A DNA stretch of 64,000 bases from Hyphomicrobium sp. (GCA_019751875.1 JAIEMV010000001.1:87991-151990); one strand, 5' to 3'; shown: positions 1 to 8,922, numbered from the stretch's first letter. Numbers and translations: made by a program. Notes: generated by a model not told the origin, from the sequence alone.

Positions 1-157
1 CTTTATCCGGCGGAGCGACAGCATCTTCGCAGTCAAGGAACACGTAGTCGGCGGCGCTGACCAGCGCCTTCTCGATCATGGTCGGGTTGGAGCCGGGGAC
101 GGCGAGCTCAGAGCGCTGCAGGCGCTGCTTCTTGAGCGGATAAAGAGTGAAGCTCAT
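1..157 (-). CDS. mcl: L-malyl-CoA/beta-methylmalyl-CoA lyase, N-terminal 52 codons only (gene runs off the left edge)
   Basis: Reverse translation from ATG at 157-155 gives MSFTLYPLKKQRLQRSELAVPGSNPTMIEKALVSAADYVFLDCEDAVAPPDK. The SELAVPG...D.EDAVAP pattern fits the HpcH/citrate-lyase-beta fold, and the N-terminus closely resembles methylotroph MclA. An AAGGAAA Shine-Dalgarno (SD) sequence lies upstream. Confidence 0.7.
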   Translation of the reverse strand, partial: MSFTLYPLKKQRLQRSELAVPGSNPTMIEKALVSAADYVFLDCEDAVAPPDK

Positions 158-260
158 CGGACGTTTCCTTGTTGACTTGCAAAATGTCGATAGTCGCTAG
201 GCGAGCCGCATAATTCGATCCCGGTGGACCGGATCGTCGGGGCAGCCTCAATCAGAAGAT

Positions 261-288
261 CGGTGGCGCCCTGTGATAGGCGCCACCG
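261..288 (-). terminator. Hairpin downstream of sga (possible terminator or attenuator before mcl)
   Basis: CGGTGGCGCC-N8-GGCGCCACCG, a perfect 10-bp stem 8 nt after the sga stop. It is followed on the minus strand by AUCUUCUGAUU. Confidence 0.5.
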
Positions 289-295
289 GTATCAA

Positions 296-1501
296 TCAAG
301 CAGCCTTTGCCTTTGGCAGTTCAGCGGCCTTGGTCGCGGTCTTGTTGAAGTACTCGGCCGCAGCACCCGTGCCCGAACCGAACTTCACCGGAACGCCGCA
401 ATCCTTCAGCGTCATCTCGACGGCAAACAGCACGCCACCGATCATGAACTCGTCGAGGGCACCAAGGTGACCAATCCGGAAGACGCGGCCGGCGACTTTG
501 TTGAGGCCGACGCCGAGGGAGGTGTTGTAACGGTAGTAGGCGGTTTTTACGATCTGGGCGCTGTCGATGCCTTCCGGAGCCAGGATGGCCGACACGGTGT
601 CGGAATGCCACTTCGGTTCCTTGGCGCAAAGCTTCAGACCCCATGCGTCGACCGCTGCGCGCACCCCGTTGGCGAGGCGGTGATGACGGGCGAAGACATT
701 CTCAAGGCCTTCCGCGAAAATCAGGTCGAGGGAGCAACGCAGGCCCTGGAGGAGCTGGGTCGCCGGCGTGTAGGGGAAGTAGCCGAGGTCATTCGTTTTG
801 ATGTGGTCTTCCCAGGCGAAGAAGCAACGCGCCATGCCGCCGTTGGCCTTGTTGGCGTCGAGCGCCTTCTGGCTGACGGCGAGAATGCCGAGGCCGGTCG
901 GGAGCATGAAGCCCTTCTGCGAACCGGAGACGCAGCAATCGACGCCCCACTCGCCCATACGCATATCGAGCGAGCCTAGGCCCGAGACGCTATCGACCAT
1001 CAGCAAAGCGGGGTGCTTGGCGGCATCGAGCGCCTTGCGGACGCCTGCGATGTCCGAGGTGACACCGGTTGCCGTTTCGTTATGCGTGGCGAACACGGCC
1101 TTGATCTCGTGGGCCTTATCCTTGGCCAGGATGTCGGCATACTTCTCGAGCGGAACGCCCGTGCCCCACTCTTCGTCGCAGAGTTCCACCTTGAGACCAA
1201 GGCGCTCGGCCATGTCGACCCACAGCAACGAGAACTGACCGAAGCGGCTCATGAGAACCTTGTCGCCCGGCTTCAGCGTGTTCTGAATCGCCGACTCCCA
1301 AGCGCCCGTGCCAGACGACGGGAATATGAATACCCGGCCGTCCTTCATCTTGAAGACCTTCTTCAGATCTTCGAAGATTGGAAGTGTCAGCTTCGGATAT
1401 TCGGCCGAACGCATGTCGATCATGGGCACGTTCATGGCCATGCGGACTTGGTCGGGGATCGTGGTGGGGCCGGGAATGAAGAGATGCGGCGTGACGGACA
1501 T
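296..1501 (-). CDS. sga: Serine--glyoxylate aminotransferase (class V PLP aminotransferase, serine cycle)
   Basis: 401-aa ORF MSVTPHLFIPGPTTIPDQVRMAMN...SGSQKGFMLPTGLG. SQK is the PLP-lysine motif of AGXT/SgaA-type enzymes. Adjacent to mcl. Confidence 0.85.
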   Translation of the reverse strand: MSVTPHLFIPGPTTIPDQVRMAMNVPMIDMRSAEYPKLTLPIFEDLKKVFKMKDGRVFIFPSSGTGAWESAIQNTLKPGDKVLMSRFGQFSLLWVDMAERLGLKVELCDEEWGTGVPLEKYADILAKDKAHEIKAVFATHNETATGVTSDIAGVRKALDAAKHPALLMVDSVSGLGSLDMRMGEWGVDCCVSGSQKGFMLPTGLGILAVSQKALDANKANGGMARCFFAWEDHIKTNDLGYFPYTPATQLLQGLRCSLDLIFAEGLENVFARHHRLANGVRAAVDAWGLKLCAKEPKWHSDTVSAILAPEGIDSAQIVKTAYYRYNTSLGVGLNKVAGRVFRIGHLGALDEFMIGGVLFAVEMTLKDCGVPVKFGSGTGAAAEYFNKTATKAAELPKAKAA

Positions 1502-1792
1502 GATGTTTCCTCCAGTCGATCGTTCGGAACTCGCGGCGGCGTCGCGAAGTCCAGCGCCTCTTTAGGGACGCTTTCAGGCGCGGCATTCGCTGCAGTTGAT
1601 GAATTCTGCCGGGCCGGGGCGATTTGTGGACGCCCAGTCAGGGCTCCCTCCAATACCATCGGCTGGTCGGGCGCAACATTCACGATTGCTTAGGGCGTCA
1701 CAATACCCGCGCGGAGAGATTTACGGCTCAAATGGGTGGGATTGAAACCAGACAAGAGTGGGTTCAAGCCACCTCAATGGGTAGCCAACTTC

Positions 1793-2467
1793 CTACCCCA
1801 GGGAATCCTGTAGCGGGGATCGCGATGTCTTTGACATATACAGCGCGACAGCCATGGCTCGGTTGTTAACGCCCAACTTGTCGTACAGGTTTTTCAGGTG
1901 ATACTTGACCGTATTGCGTGAAATGCCAATGCGCGACGCAATCTGAAGATTTGACCACCCATTGGCGAGCGCGGCGAGCAACTCTCGTTCGCGCGAGGTC
2001 AGCATTTCGAGTGGATCTTGCGATAGGGTTTCGAGATCCACATAGGGGAAGCAGAGACGGCCACGCGCCACCCACGAGATCGTGTCGAGCAGTACTGGCG
2101 GTTCGTCGCTCTTGGAAATGAAACCCCATGCGCCTGACTTGATCGTCTGGCGGAGAACGTCGGAGATGGACTCACCGGTGTAAATGATGACCCGCGTACC
2201 GATCTGACGGCGCTTCAGGACCTCCAGCACGTCGCCACCGGTCATGTCGGGCAGCGACCAGCCAATGAGACCTATATCGACCGGACTTTCCATGCACGCC
2301 GCAATGAATGCACCACCACTGGCGACGGTCGTGACGATGTCAAAGCGGCCGTCCCTCGCAATCAACTCGGCAAGGCCCGTACGAACCACGGGGTTTTTGT
2401 CGGCGACGAGAATGCGCGGCTTCTGGCCTGCCGTGCGAACGGGCGCACCGGACGTGATCGGCATCAT
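1793..2467 (-). CDS. LuxR/FixJ-family response regulator with a degenerate receiver domain (no phospho-acceptor Asp)
   Basis: C-terminal GerE/LuxR HTH (LTSRERELLAALANGWSNLQIASRIGISRNTVKYHLKNLYDKLGV). The receiver domain reads ILVADKNP...DIGLIGWSLPDMTG...VIIYTGE...GFISKS. Start taken at MMPITSG (GGGGAGG SD); the ORF extends in frame to 2542. Confidence 0.8.
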   Translation of the reverse strand: MMPITSGAPVRTAGQKPRILVADKNPVVRTGLAELIARDGRFDIVTTVASGGAFIAACMESPVDIGLIGWSLPDMTGGDVLEVLKRRQIGTRVIIYTGESISDVLRQTIKSGAWGFISKSDEPPVLLDTISWVARGRLCFPYVDLETLSQDPLEMLTSRERELLAALANGWSNLQIASRIGISRNTVKYHLKNLYDKLGVNNRAMAVALYMSKTSRSPLQDSLG

Positions 2468-2582
2468 GGGAAGTAGACCTCCCCGTGCCAAACACTGCAA
2501 CCATCGCTCGTCATCGATTGGACCATCCGCTAGCCGGCGCAAAAGCCGTGCCGCTCCATCTCGTGATTGACTTACATCCGAC

Positions 2583-2599
2583 TTGCGTCAGCAACGCAA
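2583..2599. promoter_or_regulatory. Perfect 17-bp dyad TTGCGT-N5-ACGCAA upstream of the response-regulator gene (candidate operator)
   Basis: Read directly: TTGCGTCAGCAACGCAA, about 115 nt upstream of the proposed start at 2467. Confidence 0.3.
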
Positions 2600-2675
2600 G
2601 GTGCGGCCATTAGGACCTCAGTAGGGGGTTCGCTCGAGTGACGCTACTGGAAAACCGTGGCAATTGGGAGAGATC

Positions 2676-4514
2676 TCAGCTGAGTTGCCGTAGCTTCTTG
2701 AGGCGCTGCGTCCGCATTTCCCGGTCGTAGAGAATCTCTCCTCCGGGAACCCGTATGTCGCGCACAATTTGCAAAACATGTCGGCTCGGCGGCGGTGTTG
2801 CCATCGAGACGGCAAATATCGCTGCAACGGCGGATGGAATGCCAATGATGGCCGCCAGGGCACTAGGTATCGCCGCGCTTTCGCCCTGACCGCCGGCAAT
2901 GGTCAGAAGAGCCACCAGGAAGCCGGTCAGCAAACCTGCCATAGCACCAAAGGCGTTCATCCGCTTCCACCAGATCGAAAGCACAAGAACGGGAAATAAA
3001 GCCGATCCGCAAATCGACAATGCGCAGAGAACGACGCGGAGGGGGTCTGTCATCACAAAGGCAGCAGCGAGCACGCCGGCTGCCGCCGCGACAGCAATGC
3101 CGCCGCGGCCAGCATGGATACGGACAGGTCCATGGGGTGTTTCCCAAGTTCCGCCGAAGAGGATGTCTTCGGACAGAATGTGGCCGAGGGCTGTGCTGGC
3201 GGCCCCGGCAGCAACCAAAGCTCCGGCGATAACGGCCGCGAGCGACAGATCGAGCAGCATTGGCGGCAGTTGAGCGGCAACAGGAAGGCTGAGCAAGACG
3301 CTATCGCGGGCGAAGCTGATGCTCGAGGCGGTGAACTGAGTCCCGGTTTCGGTGATGCTGGCAAAACCACGTTTGGCGAGCTCGGCGAGCCACGGCGGCA
3401 CAACGGCCGGCCCCGGGGTTACGATCAGATCCATCAGAAAGTCGCGCATGAAAACAGCGATGGAGGCGGCCGTCAGCATAGCAACGCCAAAAATGAAGGT
3501 GGCCCAGCCGAGCGTTTTGCGTGCTTCGTAGACGCCGGGAGCGGCGGCTAAGCGCGGAAGCAACCACGGGGCGGAGGCGACACCCGCGATCATTGAGAGT
3601 GTACCAAGGACGAACGCGGCGGGGCCGAGCGCGCCAAAGGGATCGGCAAAACGCTTCATAATGGGTTGCAGCTCAGGACCAGGCAGATCGAAGGCCATGC
3701 CTGGCGGCAAGATGATCGGCAGCCCCTGAATGGCTTCATTTCGGCCGACAGCGCGCAGCACTGGTCCGTGCGTCAGCTGTGGCACCGGCATGGTGGTCAC
3801 GATCGCGGCCACGATGATAACCGGGACCATGACGGCAAAGAAGGCGGCGAGGCTTTGGGCTACGCCCGTCCAAGTCATCGATCGCATGCCGCCAGGCACG
3901 AGTGTCACGAGCAGAACGAGATACAATACCAGAAATGCCTGGCCATGGCTCCAGCCCGTCAGCACGATAGCGGCTTCGGCGGCAAATCGGAGTTCGGCCG
4001 AAAGAACCATAACGATGGGGATCGCAGCGACCAGCGCGGTGGCGAGCCGGAGCGGCCGGCTATCGAAACGACGGCCAAGGTAGCTCGGAATGGTGAAAGC
4101 GCCGAATTTGCGCAGAAAGGGCGCAAGCAGGACAGCCATTACGACAAAGCCGCCGAGCGCTCCAATTCCAACAAAGAGGGCGTCGTAACCGATCAAGAAG
4201 AACAGGCCCGTGAGCGCGACAAGACCGGTGGCGCCAAAAGCCGACATTGCGAGCAAAAGGCCATTGAAGAAGGCGGGGACTCGACGACCAGCCGCAAAGA
4301 AATCGAGGGGATCCGAGGCGTGGGTTGCGATGCCGATGCCGGCGTAGAGTGCGATCGGACCAAGCAGCATGGCAAGGCTCAGTATCGACAGATCGACGCC
4401 GAGCCCCTGCAGGATGAGGCTGGTCAGAGCTATAGCGGCAAATCCACTTAGGAATATGCCGAAATATGAGCCGAGCCGCGGATTGACGGCGCGCGACGGG
4501 GACAGGATCGCCAT
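2676..4514 (-). CDS. Sodium:solute symporter (SSS family), large subunit of the DUF4212-associated VC_2705-type pair
   Basis: 612-aa polytopic membrane ORF with about 13 hydrophobic segments. It starts 5 nt after the stop of the small DUF4212-like ORF, the arrangement I recall for TIGR03647/TIGR03648. Confidence 0.85.
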   Translation of the reverse strand: MAILSPSRAVNPRLGSYFGIFLSGFAAIALTSLILQGLGVDLSILSLAMLLGPIALYAGIGIATHASDPLDFFAAGRRVPAFFNGLLLAMSAFGATGLVALTGLFFLIGYDALFVGIGALGGFVVMAVLLAPFLRKFGAFTIPSYLGRRFDSRPLRLATALVAAIPIVMVLSAELRFAAEAAIVLTGWSHGQAFLVLYLVLLVTLVPGGMRSMTWTGVAQSLAAFFAVMVPVIIVAAIVTTMPVPQLTHGPVLRAVGRNEAIQGLPIILPPGMAFDLPGPELQPIMKRFADPFGALGPAAFVLGTLSMIAGVASAPWLLPRLAAAPGVYEARKTLGWATFIFGVAMLTAASIAVFMRDFLMDLIVTPGPAVVPPWLAELAKRGFASITETGTQFTASSISFARDSVLLSLPVAAQLPPMLLDLSLAAVIAGALVAAGAASTALGHILSEDILFGGTWETPHGPVRIHAGRGGIAVAAAAGVLAAAFVMTDPLRVVLCALSICGSALFPVLVLSIWWKRMNAFGAMAGLLTGFLVALLTIAGGQGESAAIPSALAAIIGIPSAVAAIFAVSMATPPPSRHVLQIVRDIRVPGGEILYDREMRTQRLKKLRQLS

Positions 4515-4519
4515 CCTAA

Positions 4520-4780
4520 TCAGTTATCCTCGTGAGCGCCGTGCCAGTGGTCGATGGCATCCTGCTGACGGACGAAGCTTGCGACCGTGACCACTGCGAT
4601 CAGGACGAGGCCATGGGCGGCAAGGAAATAACCCAAGGGGAAGCCGAGGAACTTATTCGAGTTTAGCCGATCGGCGTAAAGAGGCAGGATGATAATCACG
4701 GCGAAAAAGGGCGCGAGGCTCGCCAGCATCTGCCATTTCGTGTGGCGCCAGTAGGGTTTGCGTTCCTTGCGCTCGATCAT
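4520..4780 (-). CDS. Small membrane subunit (DUF4212-like) of the solute:sodium symporter
   Basis: MIERKERKPYWRHTKWQMLASLAPFFAVIIILPLYADRLN...FPLGYFLAAHGLVLIAVV, with two TM helices. Start taken at the ATG at 4780; the ORF track extends to 4918 without a convincing N-terminus. Confidence 0.75.
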   Translation of the reverse strand: MIERKERKPYWRHTKWQMLASLAPFFAVIIILPLYADRLNSNKFLGFPLGYFLAAHGLVLIAVVTVASFVRQQDAIDHWHGAHEDN

Positions 4781-4790
4781 GCGGTTCGTA

Positions 4791-4799
4791 CCCCCCCCC
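4791..4799. repeat. C9/G9 homopolymer tract in the 5' leader of the symporter small-subunit gene
   Basis: Nine consecutive C on the plus strand (G9 on the coding strand). The run ends 10 nt upstream of the ATG at 4780. Confidence 0.9.
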
Positions 4800-5065
4800 G
4801 TCTTTCCTGCTGGTGCCCATGGCCTGAAGGGCACCCCACCTGACAGCACGTTTCCGCCATTTCTTTGTCCGCCGGTCAACCCGGGGTTCGCCGCTGCAAT
4901 CCCATACATGTTCGCCAATCAAGTGAGCCGGCGGCGCGGATTGTCCGCGGTGAGCAGGTTGCCTATCGTTCCTTCAGCGAATCGCTAAGTTCGGGGGTGA
5001 GTGCGGCAGCTCAGTCGCCGAAGCGATGCGGCGGGCGCAGGCAACATACAAATGGGGAAGATAAA

Positions 5066-5458
5066 ATGGGCGTAATCCAGGAATTCCGCGAATTTGCGAT
5101 GAAGGGTAATGTCGTTGATCTAGCGGTCGGCGTCATCATGGGCGCCGCCTTCGCGCCGATCGTGGCGACGCTTGTCGACAATATCATCATGCCGCCGATC
5201 GGATATCTGATGGCTGGGGTGGACTTCTCCACGCTTGCCGTCACGCTGCCGACGCCGACCGATGACGGCGTGCCGATCCGTTACGGCCTTTTTCTCAATG
5301 CTGTGGTCAAATTCCTGATCACGGCATTCGCCATCTTTCTCCTAGTGAAGGCGATGAACAGGCTCAAGAAGCCCGCGCCAGCCGCTGCTCCCCCGCCCCC
5401 CACGCCTACTGAAATCTACCTGAAGGAGATCCGAGACGCGCTAGTGGCGAAGAAGTAA
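5066..5458 (+). CDS. mscL: Large-conductance mechanosensitive channel
   Basis: [46 protein letters not shown] is a canonical MscL N-terminus. GGGGAAG SD lies 6 nt upstream. Confidence 0.9.
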   Translation: MGVIQEFREFAMKGNVVDLAVGVIMGAAFAPIVATLVDNIIMPPIGYLMAGVDFSTLAVTLPTPTDDGVPIRYGLFLNAVVKFLITAFAIFLLVKAMNRLKKPAPAAAPPPPTPTEIYLKEIRDALVAKK

Positions 5459-5478
5459 TGCAGCCGAGCGACACGCAG

Positions 5479-5533
5479 CCATAAAGGCGAACGGCCCCGA
5501 AACGTCTCCGCTTCGGGCCTTTCGCCTTTATGG
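5479..5533 (+). terminator. Long near-perfect hairpin after mscL
   Basis: CCATAAAGGCGAA(CGGCCCCGAA)-loop-(TTCGGGCC)TTTCGCCTTTATGG. The 13-bp outer stem is perfect and the inner stem adds about 8 bp. No clear U-tract follows. Confidence 0.5.
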
Positions 5534-5656
5534 CCAGATTGCGTCGGCGCGTCCAACCCTCGCGACGCGCGATGCCAAGCAAGAAGGTTTGGCGCGCCTC
5601 GCTACGGACGCGACGCCTTGTTTGGGCCAACGCGGCTATGGTAACGATTGAGCGTC

Positions 5657-5730
5657 GCGGGCGTAGTTCAATGGTAGAACGGCAGCTTCCCAAGCTGCAT
5701 ACGAGGGTTCGATTCCCTTCGCCCGCTCCA
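5657..5730 (+). tRNA. tRNA-Gly (anticodon CCC)
   Basis: GCGGGCGTAGTTCAATGGTAGAACGGCAGCTTCCCAAGCTGCATACGAGGGTTCGATTCCCTTCGCCCGCTCCA folds as a cloverleaf. It has a 7-bp acceptor stem, anticodon loop TTCCCAA, T-loop GGTTCGATTCC and an encoded CCA. Confidence 0.95.
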
Positions 5731-5792
5731 TGATTCTGTCTCACGCGCCAATCGCGCTCCGACGGTCGGCGCCTGCGCCGTGTCGCCTCTCT

Positions 5793-7337
5793 TCAGCGGC
5801 CCTCAGGCCCGAAGGTGAGCGAGTTTGCCGATGAGCGCGCGGCGTGCTCGGTTTTGCGCCAGTGGAAGGGTGAGCGGATCAGATCGACAATAGCGCGGTA
5901 GGCGGCGGCGGAGATCATCATCCAGTAGAGCGGCATGAGCACGGCCCGGGCGGCGAGACGCACACCGTGGCGCCTCCAAACGGCGAGGAACGCAAGTACA
6001 ATTGCGACGGTGTAGGCAAACGCGAGGTTTGCGACACCAGACCACCAAATGATGGCTTGCCATCCCTGCGGTGGCCAGAGCGACAGATCGCCGGTGCCAA
6101 GTTTCCAGAACGCATAGACATAGACGAGTGGATGCACGAGCGCGGATAAGATGACGCCGCCCATGAGGACGTTGAAGCCGATGAAGCCGCCAAGGCCTAA
6201 ATCCGACAACAGGCGAGCCGGTTCGCGCAGATGCACCAGCGATGTCTGCATCCAGCCTTTGAGCCACCGGGTGCGCTGACCAAGCCAAATCGCGTTTGTG
6301 GGCGGGGCTTCCTCCCATGTGGTGGAGTTCAGCATCTCGACGCGCCACCCCATCCGCGCAAGGCGGATGCCCAAATCGGCATCTTCCGTCACATTATAGG
6401 GGTCCCAGCCGCCGGAGTTTTCTAATGCTTCGCGACGAAAATGATTGGACGTCCCGCCGAGAGGGACGGGCAGCGACAGGCGCTCGATCGCCGGCAGGAT
6501 GGCATCGAACAACGCCGTGTATTCGAGCGTAAACTGGCGTGTCGTCCAGCTCTTGTCGGGATTGTAGATATTCAGGCGGGCTTGCAGACAGCCGAGGTCT
6601 GGACCGGATTCCGTGAAACGAACGTAAGCCTCCTGCAATTGGCTGGGCTCGGGGTCATCTTCGGCGTCATACACGACCACGAAGGCGCCGGTTGCCAGCG
6701 GCAGGGCATACATCAGAGCGCGTGGCTTTGTACGCGGCGAACCTGGCGGCACGGTCACAATCCGCATTCCCGCGCGGCCGTGGATTTCAGTCTGAAGGGC
6801 GAACCGCGTTGCGGTGTCGTCGGCCTCAGTGATGAAAATTATGTCGCGTTTCTCAGCAGGCCACTTGAGGCGCTCGAGGGCTGCAACAATCGACGCCGCC
6901 ATGTGGGCTTCACGGTACAGCGGAAGCAGGATCGAGTAGACCGGCCAGTCGACGTCCGGTTCGGCAGGGGGCGGCGCGGGGCTTGACCGCAAGGGCGCGT
7001 TCAACACCTCATGGACTGCAAATGTCCGCAAGACTGAAACGCATAAAAATGCGGGCGTGAGCAGCGTCATGACCACCGCGGCGGTGATCTCCGAATCTGT
7101 CCATAAAGCAGCTGCGACGACGATCACGACGGCAAACAAAGCAGCTTTTTGCCATAGCACCATCGGCGCAGCAGCCGACAGGCGCGGGTGCTGAAGCAAC
7201 AGGGCCTCAGCCCAACGCGGATCAACGGAGCCGCTCGGTGTGAGGGACGAAGGCTGTTTGAGGGTAGGCCTCGCTAGCGACGCAAGCTTATTTGGTGGAG
7301 TGGGATTTGACACCGCCGCGTACTCGCACGACAACAC
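5793..7337 (-). CDS. Membrane-bound family-2 glycosyltransferase (processive, cellulose/chitin-synthase-like)
   Basis: Carries VVYDAEDDPEP, TEDADLG and QRTRWLKGW (Q-x-x-R-W) motifs, flanked by N- and C-terminal TM helices. The GTG start at 7337 is uncertain; the ATG at 7163 is an alternative. Confidence 0.8.
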   Translation of the reverse strand: MLSCEYAAVSNPTPPNKLASLARPTLKQPSSLTPSGSVDPRWAEALLLQHPRLSAAAPMVLWQKAALFAVVIVVAAALWTDSEITAAVVMTLLTPAFLCVSVLRTFAVHEVLNAPLRSSPAPPPAEPDVDWPVYSILLPLYREAHMAASIVAALERLKWPAEKRDIIFITEADDTATRFALQTEIHGRAGMRIVTVPPGSPRTKPRALMYALPLATGAFVVVYDAEDDPEPSQLQEAYVRFTESGPDLGCLQARLNIYNPDKSWTTRQFTLEYTALFDAILPAIERLSLPVPLGGTSNHFRREALENSGGWDPYNVTEDADLGIRLARMGWRVEMLNSTTWEEAPPTNAIWLGQRTRWLKGWMQTSLVHLREPARLLSDLGLGGFIGFNVLMGGVILSALVHPLVYVYAFWKLGTGDLSLWPPQGWQAIIWWSGVANLAFAYTVAIVLAFLAVWRRHGVRLAARAVLMPLYWMMISAAAYRAIVDLIRSPFHWRKTEHAARSSANSLTFGPEGR

Positions 7338-7410
7338 GGCAGCCGCGGTTCGGACACCGTCGATCGTCAGACTACGGTAGATATTGAAAATTGAACAGCC
7401 GGAACACGCG

Positions 7411-8256
7411 ATGCCGCCCTTCAGATTTCCCGTGGCTTCCTCGCTTGTCGCTACATTTCGCTGCTTGGCAGTACTCGTGCTTGTGGTCGTTGTCGCGGTT
7501 CTGTTTCAAGGGCCGTCATTTGCGCAGGAGCCGCAGACCGACAATCAACCTAGGCGGGTGGTGGTGCGCTTTTTAACGGAAGGGGATTTCCCGCCTTTCA
7601 ACTATCTTGACGACGACGGCGTGCTCGGTGGCTTCAACGTCGATCTGGCGCGCGCTCTATGTAATGAGATCGGGGCGGCGTGCGACATTCGTGTGCGGCC
7701 GTGGGACGAGCTGCTCGTTGCCCTGAAGCGCGGCGAGGCCGACGCTGTGATCGCCGGGCACACTGTTTTGCCGGACTCGCTGCGCCAAGTAGCGTTCACC
7801 GATCGGTACTTTTACACGCCGGGCCGCTTTGCTGCGAAAACTGAAGCAGAGAAGGTGGACATCGCGCCGGAGGCTCTCGATGGACGCACTATTGCTGTCG
7901 CGCGCGGCACTCCTCACGAAGCTTTCTTGAAGACGTTTTTCCGCGACAGCCGGATCCAGATTTTCGAGACCTCAGAGTTGGCGCGGGATGCTCTTTTGCA
8001 AGGCAAGGTCGACTACGTTTTTGACGACGGCATCGGGCTGTCTTTCTGGATCAACGGGACCCTGTCTCGCCGGTGTTGTGAACTGCGCGGCGGGCCCTAC
8101 TTCGAGCCCCGGTTTTTCGGCGACGGCCTAGCTATCGCGGTGCCTCAGAGCGATCCGCAGATCAAGGCGCTGCTCAATACGGCCCTGAATAAAGTGCGCG
8201 CGTCAGGTCGTTTTGACGAGCTGGTCTCGCGGTATTTTCCGCACCGCGTTTTCTAG
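7411..8256 (+). CDS. Periplasmic substrate-binding protein (family 3, amino-acid/MoxJ-like); no permease or ATPase adjacent
   Basis: Signal peptide (LAVLVLVVVVAVLF), then a typical SBP_bac_3 pattern (FPPFNYLDDDG...GFNVDLARALCNEIG...WDELLVALKRGEADAVIAG). ATG at 7411; the ORF track starts at a TTG at 7384. Confidence 0.8.
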   Translation: MPPFRFPVASSLVATFRCLAVLVLVVVVAVLFQGPSFAQEPQTDNQPRRVVVRFLTEGDFPPFNYLDDDGVLGGFNVDLARALCNEIGAACDIRVRPWDELLVALKRGEADAVIAGHTVLPDSLRQVAFTDRYFYTPGRFAAKTEAEKVDIAPEALDGRTIAVARGTPHEAFLKTFFRDSRIQIFETSELARDALLQGKVDYVFDDGIGLSFWINGTLSRRCCELRGGPYFEPRFFGDGLAIAVPQSDPQIKALLNTALNKVRASGRFDELVSRYFPHRVF

Positions 8257-8272
8257 GAAACAAAACGGGCCG

Positions 8273-8307
8273 GCGCATGTCGCTGCCGGCCCCGTTTCCT
8301 CCGTCTG
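8273..8307. terminator. Bidirectional hairpin between the convergent SBP gene and infA
   Basis: AAACGGGCCGGCG-loop-TGCCGGCCCCGTTT, with A/T runs on both flanks. Confidence 0.5.
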
Positions 8308-8324
8308 CTGTCGTGCGAGCCCTT

Positions 8325-8609
8325 TTAACGACGGCGCTGCTGGCCGCCACCCGGAGGACTACCCGCGCCAGGCGGAGGGCCGCCGCGCGTATCCTTATGG
8401 CGGAAGTTGATGCGACCCTTCGTGAGATCGTAGGGCGTCATCTCGATCGTGACTTTGTCTCCGGCAAGGATCCGGATCCGATTCTTTTTCATGCGGCCGG
8501 AGGTGTAAGCAATAACCTCGTGACCGTTGTCGAGTTTCACGCGGCAGCGGGCGTCGGGGAGCACCTCCACCACCACGCCCTCGAACTCGAGCATTTCTTC
8601 TTTTGCCAT
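8325..8609 (-). CDS. infA: Translation initiation factor IF-1 with a 22-aa Gly/Pro/Arg-rich C-terminal tail
   Basis: [72 protein letters not shown] matches the IF-1 S1 fold, then continues [22 protein letters not shown]. The ORF track extends upstream to 8855. Confidence 0.9.
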   Translation of the reverse strand: MAKEEMLEFEGVVVEVLPDARCRVKLDNGHEVIAYTSGRMKKNRIRILAGDKVTIEMTPYDLTKGRINFRHKDTRGGPPPGAGSPPGGGQQRRR

Positions 8610-8661
8610 GTATCCCCTTGAACTTGGCGCGTCGCCGCTCGGGCGTTTCGCATAATTAAAT

Positions 8662-8686
8662 GGGGAGCAGATTGGCTCTGCTCCCC
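8662..8686 (-). terminator. Hairpin downstream of cspA
   Basis: GGGGAGCAG-N7-CTGCTCCCC, followed on the minus strand by AUUUAAUUAU. Confidence 0.5.
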
Positions 8687-8715
8687 ACGCACTGCTCGTG
8701 CGGCGACCACTCTTA

Positions 8716-8922
8716 TCAGAGCGGACGCAGGTTGATCGCAGCGATCTTGCCGTTGCGGCCGCGCTCGGTCTCGAAGGAAATCTTCTGACCTTCACGCAAG
8801 GACGAAAGGCCGGCGCGCTCGACGGCCGAAATGTGAACGAACACGTCGTTCCCACCTTCGTCCGGCTGAATGAAGCCGTAGCCCTTCTGCCCGTTGAACC
8901 ACTTCACGGTACCAGTCGACAT
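8716..8922 (-). CDS. cspA: Cold-shock protein (CspA family)
   Basis: [34 protein letters not shown] carries the RNP1 (KGYGFI) and RNP2 (VFVHI) motifs. 68 aa. Confidence 0.9.
   Translation of the reverse strand: MSTGTVKWFNGQKGYGFIQPDEGGNDVFVHISAVERAGLSSLREGQKISFETERGRNGKIAAINLRPL

Noticed and set aside
5657-5792. tRNA-Gly as an integration hotspot for a genomic island.
   Set aside because: There is no integrase, no direct repeat of the tRNA 3' end, and no compositional shift in the flanking glycosyltransferase gene.
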